Positions 57,272-64,000 of a stretch of DNA of 64,000 nt are shown in pieces. Position numbers and translations under genes: made by a program. Position 1 is the stretch's first letter. Each line of letters opens with the position of its first letter. Source of the stretch: Nitrosarchaeum sp. (GTDB lineage: Archaea > Thermoproteota > Nitrososphaeria > Nitrososphaerales > Nitrosopumilaceae). The notes beneath the pieces are model-generated. The model saw only the letters and a list, made by a program, of their open reading frames with translations. It was not told the origin of the DNA and searched no databases. Location of the stretch: positions 1,024,001 through 1,088,000 of the forward strand of contig OZ245020.1 of the NCBI GenBank assembly GCA_965223865.1, written 5' to 3'.

Positions 57272-58189
57272 CTAATCGGATTTTTCCATTTTTCCTGCTA
57301 ATAAAACAGGTACTTCGGCAGGTCTTTTGGCTACTGGGATGTTTGCTTTGTTAAACATTGAAACTTTGGATTCAGCTGAACCATAAGTTCCCATTACGAT
57401 TGCTCCTGCATGTCCCATTCTCTTTTCTTTTGGAGCTGCTCTTCCTGCAATATAAGCTACAGTTGGTTTGTTAAATCCACTATCGATAATTCTTTGAGCC
57501 AAAATTTCTTCAGAGTCTCCGCCAATTTCTCCTACTACTACCATTCCTTCCAAATCCGGAATATCTTTTACCATATCAAATGCATCAATCATCCTTGTTC
57601 CATTAATTGGGTCTCCTCCAATTCCTATGGTAATCGATTGACCAAATCCTGCATTTGTTAATGCATCTGAAATCTCATAAAGTAATGTTCCACTTTTTGA
57701 CAATACTGCAATTTTCCCTGCTTTAAATGGGGTCGGAGGCATTATTCCAACTTTGATTACTTCTGGAATCATAATTCCTGGAGTATTTGGACCAATGATC
57801 ACTGCATCTTTTTCTTTTGCTAAATTCAAAACCTCCATAGTATCTCTGACTGGGACATGCTCAGGAATTGCAACAAGCAATTTAATTCCGGCCTCTAGTG
57901 CTTCTTTTGCAGCACCTAAGAAGAATTTTGCTGGAACATAAATAATCGAAATCTTTGCACCTGTGGCATCTACTGCCTCTTGCATTGTATTGTAAATTGG
58001 AACTTTGTCATCAAATTTCTGCCCTCCTTTTCCAGGGGTAACTCCTGCAACAACATTTGTTCCATAATTCATCATATTTCTTGCATGAAGTGAGCCATAT
58101 GCTCCTGTAATTCCTTGAATGATTACTCCTTTTTTCTTGTAATCTGAATCTTCTGGATTTCCTTGTAGTGTTCTAAAAATGTCTATCAA
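57272..58189 (-). CDS. sucD: Succinyl-CoA synthetase alpha subunit
   Basis: QGITG, GVTPGKGG, IGPNTPG, RMGHAGAI. Confidence 0.97.
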   Translation of the reverse strand: MIDIFRTLQGNPEDSDYKKKGVIIQGITGAYGSLHARNMMNYGTNVVAGVTPGKGGQKFDDKVPIYNTMQEAVDATGAKISIIYVPAKFFLGAAKEALEAGIKLLVAIPEHVPVRDTMEVLNLAKEKDAVIIGPNTPGIMIPEVIKVGIMPPTPFKAGKIAVLSKSGTLLYEISDALTNAGFGQSITIGIGGDPINGTRMIDAFDMVKDIPDLEGMVVVGEIGGDSEEILAQRIIDSGFNKPTVAYIAGRAAPKEKRMGHAGAIVMGTYGSAESKVSMFNKANIPVAKRPAEVPVLLAGKMEKSD

Positions 58190-59292
58190 TTCTTTACTCC
58201 CATCACTGCTGCATTGATTGCCTCTTCTACTGAGTCAAAAATCTTTGTTCTAGATCCTTGGAGCATTTCTTTTGCTTTGTCTGATTCTGTACCTTTTAGT
58301 CTTGAAAATACTGGAAGGTCAATTAAATTATTTTCATATGCCTTTAAGAATGCCTCTGCAACTACTGTTGTCTTTACAATTCCTCCATAGAGATTTACAA
58401 GAATTCCCTTTATTCTGTCCATTTTACTAATCAAGGTCAATGCTTCATAAACTGATTCAGTTGTAGCGCCGCCACCCACATCTAAAAAGCATGCTGGCTT
58501 TCCACCATTGTCTGATAGCATGTCAAGTGTTGACATTACTAATCCTGCACCATTTCCAACAACTGCAATGTCTCCATCTAACTCCACAAGTGAGAATCCA
58601 CTCTTTTCAGCTCGTTCTTCAATTTCTGTTTTTTCTTGATACTTTTGTAATTCTGGATGTCTAAAGTTACTATTATCATCTGTCACAAATTTTCCATCTA
58701 ATGCCATCAATGAGTTATCTTGCATTATTGCAAGTGGATTGATTTCAGCTAACTCTGCTTCTTTTTCTATGGTGAGTTTTGATAGCTTTTGTAATATTTC
58801 TACAAAGCCATCTGCAGATTTTCCTTCTAGGCCCATCTCATTTGCAACTTCTTTTGCAATTTCTTCAGAAACATCGCCTAAACCGACTTCTTTAATTATC
58901 TGGTTTTTTACTGATTCAATTTCCACTCCTCCTTCTGATGATGCAATAATTGTGTAACATCTCTTTGAGCGATTAAGAAATATTGAAAGATACAACTCTT
59001 TTTTGATATCTGCCATTTTTTCAAGAAGAATTGCCCTTGCTTTTTCTCCTTTTATTGTCAATCCCATGACCTGGGGGTATTTTAGCTCAAATTCATCATC
59101 ATTTTGACATTTCTGAATGCCTCCTGCTTTTCCTCTTCCTCCTACTGGAACCTGAATTTTAATTACAAATGGATATCCTAATTCTTTTGCATGATTTCTG
59201 CCCTCTTCAATTGTTGTTGATGATTTGCTTGGAAGCAGATTTATTCCATATTCTCTGAATAATTCTTTTGCTTGGAATTCTAATAATCGCAT
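58186..59292 (-). CDS. sucC: Succinyl-CoA synthetase beta subunit
   Basis: LLEFQAKELF, GGRGKAGG, EINPL, NGAGLVM, FLDVGGGA. Confidence 0.97.
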   Translation of the reverse strand: MRLLEFQAKELFREYGINLLPSKSSTTIEEGRNHAKELGYPFVIKIQVPVGGRGKAGGIQKCQNDDEFELKYPQVMGLTIKGEKARAILLEKMADIKKELYLSIFLNRSKRCYTIIASSEGGVEIESVKNQIIKEVGLGDVSEEIAKEVANEMGLEGKSADGFVEILQKLSKLTIEKEAELAEINPLAIMQDNSLMALDGKFVTDDNSNFRHPELQKYQEKTEIEERAEKSGFSLVELDGDIAVVGNGAGLVMSTLDMLSDNGGKPACFLDVGGGATTESVYEALTLISKMDRIKGILVNLYGGIVKTTVVAEAFLKAYENNLIDLPVFSRLKGTESDKAKEMLQGSRTKIFDSVEEAINAAVMGVKN

Positions 59293-59331
59293 GTAAAAAT
59301 CATGAAAATTATGGTCTTTATTAACTATGAG

Positions 59332-59661
59332 TTATCTTAATTGCTCTTCTAGAAAATCAATAATTTGCAAAAAGCGATCTTTGCTTTTTCTCTGCAATTC
59401 TTGAGGAAATTCTTCAATTGTAAATACAAATTGTTGATGAAAGCTTGGAACCAATACTCCCCCTGATGTTACAAGCTGTTCAATGACATAATCTTTAGTT
59501 AAAGTGCATACTATTTCTTCATAAGAATCGTCTTCTTCTTCTAATGTTTGCCTGTAAAGAACAATAGGCTTGTTTGTCTTGGTGACAATCTCTGAGCCTT
59601 TCTTTAATAGTTCAATTAGATGTTGTATCTGCCACGAGTCTAGGCTGATCTGTTTTACCAT
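59332..59661 (-). CDS. Hypothetical protein
   Basis: 109-aa ORF co-oriented with backbone genes. Confidence 0.75.
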   Translation of the reverse strand: MVKQISLDSWQIQHLIELLKKGSEIVTKTNKPIVLYRQTLEEEDDSYEEIVCTLTKDYVIEQLVTSGGVLVPSFHQQFVFTIEEFPQELQRKSKDRFLQIIDFLEEQLR

Positions 59662-59920
59662 ATTTTCAATATGTGTATTTTCTATTTATTATGCCAGTTT
59701 AGCTAAAAGCTAGCTAATTTGTTGATTTTAGATTAGAAAATTCAACTTAAAATAAAAAAGAATCATAGGTTTTCTAGGGATATAGAATACTTAATGATAT
59801 GCTTCGGGAAAATAGTATTTTTTTGGGGAGACTGGTATTTCTCCTCTGTAAATATGATTAAAAAATATCCTTAGAATAAATAAAAAATAAATCTACTTTG
59901 CACTAATTTCTGAATTATAA

Positions 59921-62900
59921 TCATTCCACTGAAATTCTAATCTTTTGTCCATCAATGTCGTCATCCTTGTATTCTTTGCATGTCTGCTCAAAATTTACCT
60001 GTTTTACTCTTACCAAAAATGACAATTCTTGAGCCTTTTCTTTTATCATCTCTAGCGACTCCTCATCCAAATCCAAAATTGACGCTACAGTGAGTACATC
60101 AGTTGGATTGTACCCTCTTTCTTTTCTTAATGTTTGAAGTCTTCTTGCAATATCTTTGATCAATCCTCTTGCCATCATCTCCTTATTTCTAGTAGTTGAG
60201 ATAAATACTACATAGTTGTCTCTTTTTGAAACTGCAAATCCATCTTTTGCATCAAAATCAATTACAAAGTCTTCACTTTCTAATGAAATTTCTGCTCCGT
60301 CAAACTCAAAGTTATATTTTGAATTTTTTTGAAGTGATGAAATTATGTTTTCAGGATCAGTTTCTGAAAAGACACTAACAAGCTTTCCCATGTGTTGTTT
60401 TGCTTTTGGTCCTATCTTCTTTCTCTCTAACTCTACCACAGCTTTAACCGGTAATTCTTTTGATTGTAGTTCTATTAGTTGCTCAAATCCAGATTCTTTT
60501 TCAATTTCATAAATTGAAAACTTTTCCACATTAAGCTGAGAAATTAATAATTCTGAAAGCAGTTCCAGTTTTTGCTTTTGTCCTTTTGATACACAAATTA
60601 GTGCCTCATTTAGCGGCCATCTTCTCTTTAGTTTACCTTTCATTCTTGCAGCAGCAGAGATAGAGACAACATCTTTCATAATGTCAAATGATTCTTCAAT
60701 TTCTTCATTGACTAGGGATTCTTGATATTGCGGCCACTTTTCAAGCAGGATGCTTTTTTCTCCTTTAAACACTGAATGGTAAAGACACTCACTGGTAAAT
60801 GGGCATAATGGATGAATCAAAATATCTAGAGATTTGAGCACATCATGTAACACTGCATAAATTGCCAGTCTCCTGTTTTTTTTCTCATCGTCTTCATCCC
60901 ACAACTCCCCTCTAGTAATGGGAATGTAGATCTGACTAAGATTATTTATTATAAAATCATCTATTGACTTTGCAGCTTCGTGGAATTTGCAAACTTGGTT
61001 TTTCTCTGTAATTTTTCTGATTAGTTTTTGCATCTTTGACAAGAGCCAAATATCTGGAGATGTTAAATGGGAATTTTCTTTTGCCCATGTGATTGTTTTT
61101 GATTCATCAAATTTATCATATTCGCTATTTTGCTTGAAATACAAATGCAAGTTAAACAATGTGTTTAGCACTTGATAGGGTCTTGACATTAACTCGTCTG
61201 TACTAAAGCTTAGAGGCTCTATCGGGCTTGCTTTCCAAATAAAATAAAACCTAACCAAATCAACTGGATATTTTTCTAATAGATCTTTTCCATCAATTAC
61301 ATTTCCCAGACTCTTACTCATCTTTCCTCCCTTTTCATCAAGAACATGTCCTTGGAACAAAAATGATTTGTATGGAGCAATAGGTCCATTGTTTAAGATT
61401 ACATTTTCAATCAATAGTGTATATGCCCATCCTCTTGTTTGATCAATCCCTTCAGTGAAAAACGGAGCTGGGATTTCTTTTGAATAATCTTCATCAGAAA
61501 GTGAGGAGTATGGTGCAGAACCACTATTATGCCAGGTATCTAGTACATATTCTTCTCTTTTTGTTTTATTGCTCCCACAATGTGTGCACTTTATTGTGAT
61601 CTTATCTATCCATGGACGATGCAATTCAAAATTAGGGCCATCAGGTAAATCTACTGCAGAATTTACTATCTCCTTTCTTGTGAAAAACCAGTTTTGTTTG
61701 TGACAATCATTGCAAATCCATACAGGTAGTGGACATCCCCAGAATCTCTCACGAGAAATACACCAAGGGTGTTTTTCTTTGATAATTCCCAAGAATCTAT
61801 TTTTTGGTTGATCAAAAAAATACTGCACATCTTCAGCTGCCTTGATTGCTTTATCTTCTAGCCTGTCAAGTTTGTAAAACCATCCTTTTCTTGCCAACCA
61901 TACTATGGGGTGGTGTGATCTCCAACATAATGGATACTTGTGTTTTATTCTTCCAATCTTTACTAAGGCATTGTGTTCTTTTAGGTCTTCAACAATTGCA
62001 CTGTCTGCATCTCTGACAAACATTCCTTCATATTTTCCTGCAAGACCAGTAAATTTGACCTCGTCATTGATTGGATTAAATATCTTGACTTTTCTTTTGT
62101 TTGCAATTCCGATATCCTCCTCACCATTTGCAGGAGACAGGTGCACCAAGCCACTTCCTGTTGTTGCATCTACAAATTCTTCAGATACTACAACATGAAA
62201 GTTGTCTTCTATTGAACATTCCTCTAGACCGGAAATTAAGTTCAAAAGTGGATGGATGTATTTTTTTCCTTCAAATTCTGAACCCTTGATGGTTTTTTCA
62301 ATTTTATAATCTTCAATTTTTATTTCATTCAAAAATTCTTCTAGTCTAGTTTTTCCAACTACCCAGGTTTCGTTTTCTACTTTGATATACACATAATCTT
62401 CTTCTGGTTTGACCCCTACCATTGCATCAGTTACCAAAGTAAATGGCATTGTAGTCCATACAATCAAAAAAACGTCTTCATCTTTTAGCTTGACTTTGTA
62501 GTACAATGATGGGTCTTTAACCTCTTCATAACCTTGGTTTACTTCTGCATGACTAAGTGATGTCTGACAGCTAGGACAATATGCTATTACGGTAAAGTCT
62601 TCTTCTAAAATTCCATTCTGACGCGCCTTTTTGAGAATTTGCCATTCTCTTTCTATGTACTCATCTCTGTATGTCCAGTATGCTCTTTCATGATTAAATG
62701 ACATTCCAAGTAATTCATCTACATTCACCCATTCTGAATTGAATTTTTTTACAAGACTTTTGCATTCTTCAACTAGTTTTTCTATTCCCACTTTTTCAAT
62801 AACTTCCGACTTTCCGCCAGTAACGCCTAGTTCTTTTTCTGCTTGTAATTCAACGGGGAGTCCCTGAGTGTCCCATCCTCCATTAAAGACAATTTTTTTT

Positions 62901-63118
62901 CCATTTAGGGTGTTGAATCTATACCACAAATCTTTGATGACTCTGCCTCTAAGGTGTCCTGCGTGTGGGATACCGTTCATCGTTGGTGGTCCTTCTATGA
63001 AAATGATCTTTTCAGGTTTGTCTGAGTCAAAGATCATTTTTTCCACATCTATTGATTTGGTATGCTCCTTTACCTGACTCTCAATTATTTTCGCATCAAA
63101 TTTTGATGATAATTCCAT
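59921..63118 (-). CDS. ileS: Isoleucine--tRNA ligase
   Basis: EGPPTMNGIPHAGH, WCISRER, EGIDQTRGW, KMSKS. Confidence 0.97.
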   Translation of the reverse strand: MELSSKFDAKIIESQVKEHTKSIDVEKMIFDSDKPEKIIFIEGPPTMNGIPHAGHLRGRVIKDLWYRFNTLNGKKIVFNGGWDTQGLPVELQAEKELGVTGGKSEVIEKVGIEKLVEECKSLVKKFNSEWVNVDELLGMSFNHERAYWTYRDEYIEREWQILKKARQNGILEEDFTVIAYCPSCQTSLSHAEVNQGYEEVKDPSLYYKVKLKDEDVFLIVWTTMPFTLVTDAMVGVKPEEDYVYIKVENETWVVGKTRLEEFLNEIKIEDYKIEKTIKGSEFEGKKYIHPLLNLISGLEECSIEDNFHVVVSEEFVDATTGSGLVHLSPANGEEDIGIANKRKVKIFNPINDEVKFTGLAGKYEGMFVRDADSAIVEDLKEHNALVKIGRIKHKYPLCWRSHHPIVWLARKGWFYKLDRLEDKAIKAAEDVQYFFDQPKNRFLGIIKEKHPWCISRERFWGCPLPVWICNDCHKQNWFFTRKEIVNSAVDLPDGPNFELHRPWIDKITIKCTHCGSNKTKREEYVLDTWHNSGSAPYSSLSDEDYSKEIPAPFFTEGIDQTRGWAYTLLIENVILNNGPIAPYKSFLFQGHVLDEKGGKMSKSLGNVIDGKDLLEKYPVDLVRFYFIWKASPIEPLSFSTDELMSRPYQVLNTLFNLHLYFKQNSEYDKFDESKTITWAKENSHLTSPDIWLLSKMQKLIRKITEKNQVCKFHEAAKSIDDFIINNLSQIYIPITRGELWDEDDEKKNRRLAIYAVLHDVLKSLDILIHPLCPFTSECLYHSVFKGEKSILLEKWPQYQESLVNEEIEESFDIMKDVVSISAAARMKGKLKRRWPLNEALICVSKGQKQKLELLSELLISQLNVEKFSIYEIEKESGFEQLIELQSKELPVKAVVELERKKIGPKAKQHMGKLVSVFSETDPENIISSLQKNSKYNFEFDGAEISLESEDFVIDFDAKDGFAVSKRDNYVVFISTTRNKEMMARGLIKDIARRLQTLRKERGYNPTDVLTVASILDLDEESLEMIKEKAQELSFLVRVKQVNFEQTCKEYKDDDIDGQKIRISVE

Positions 63119-63384
63119 CTAAGTTTGGGTGTTGATGTGGCATTATAAAGTTAAATTGTATTTTGTAATATTGGAATTTTCATTGAATTGAACCGTTGCA
63201 TTATTCATGTCTTTATGATCCCACTCAAATCCTAGAATTGCATGCTTTAGATAAAAATTCTATGATCCCCGAAAATCACAAAGGAGACTGAAAGTATATC
63301 ATTTTTTCAAACAGATTTGAATAAACAAATTCTGTTTTGTCATTGATGCCTTGGATTATATATTTAAGAAAATGAGATTTTTTG

Positions 63385-64000
63385 TTGGTAAACATTCTCG
63401 TAGTTGGATCAGGTGGCAGAGAACATGCTTTGTCTTGGAAACTATCACAGAGCTCAAAAGTTGACAAGGTTTTTACAGCTCCTGGAAATGGTGGGACCAA
63501 AAATAATATCTCAATAGATATGGCCGACTTAGATTCTCTTGCAGAATTTGCAAAAAAAAATAATTGCTTTACTGTTGTAGGGCCTGAAGCTCCATTAGCA
63601 GCAGGAATTGTTGATAAATTCAATAAAATGAATCTTAAAATTTTTGGTCCTTCAAAAAGTGCAGCCCAATTAGAATCAAGTAAAATTTGGGCAAAAAAAT
63701 TCATGAAAAGAAATGACATTCCAACTGCTAGGTTTGAAATTTTTGATGATCCAAAAAAAGCTGAAGAGCATGTAAAATCCCTCGATTATAATGTGGTAGT
63801 AAAAGCTGATGGTCTTGCAGCAGGTAAGGGTGTTATTGTTTGTAACAGTACTGATGATGCAATATCTGCAATTAATACAATTTTGGTCAAAAAAACATTT
63901 GGTGAGGCTGGAAATCAAATAATTATAGAGGAAAGAATTGATGGAACAGAGGCCTCCTACATCGCATTGTCTGATGGTAACATTGCAATCCCTATGGCAA
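63385..64000 (+). CDS. purD: Phosphoribosylamine--glycine ligase (partial, runs off window)
   Basis: VNILVVGSGGREHAL, VGPEAPL, LESSK, VVKADGLAAGKGV. Confidence 0.95.
   Translation, partial: MVNILVVGSGGREHALSWKLSQSSKVDKVFTAPGNGGTKNNISIDMADLDSLAEFAKKNNCFTVVGPEAPLAAGIVDKFNKMNLKIFGPSKSAAQLESSKIWAKKFMKRNDIPTARFEIFDDPKKAEEHVKSLDYNVVVKADGLAAGKGVIVCNSTDDAISAINTILVKKTFGEAGNQIIIEERIDGTEASYIALSDGNIAIPMA

Noticed and set aside
1083-63077. Numerous 60-160 aa ORFs overlapping longer genes
   Set aside because: Antisense or alternate-frame shadows without motifs.
63276-63918. Minus-strand ORFs 63276-63719 and 63676-63918
   Set aside because: Antisense shadows of purD.

Overview
AT-rich archaeal DNA, very probably a Nitrosopumilus-like ammonia-oxidising archaeon (Nitrososphaerota), judged from rpl40e, archaeal-type IleS, an intron-containing tRNA and S-layer-like and DUF6659-like proteins. 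Bases ~1-2410 and ~56620-64000 look like backbone: nitroreductase-like gene, USP and DUF389 on the left; tRNA-Val(CAC), rpl40e, sucDC, ileS and purD on the right. Between them lies a ~54 kb accessory region ending next to the tRNA 3' end. Its first ~33 kb are head-to-tail arrays of mostly unrelated secreted or membrane protein genes. These are joined by a recurrent ~17-bp junction motif (TAGAAAATGAA(A/G)ACTAG) that also survives as orphan or decayed copies. A second conserved motif (AGAAGAACTTATGAA) sits ~30 nt before array-leading genes. Two inverted copies of a ~0.4-0.5 kb non-coding region made of ~10-bp-phased repeats lie at ~18.2-18.6 kb and ~48.0-48.5 kb. The encoded proteins are mosaics of shared modules. 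Together this suggests a cassette-like surface-protein diversification system, but no recombinase is visible in the window, so the mechanism is inference. The rest of the island has regulators, hydrolase modules, an AIPR gene and a family of CCACGTGG palindromic elements. All calls are from reading the sequence; no searches were run.
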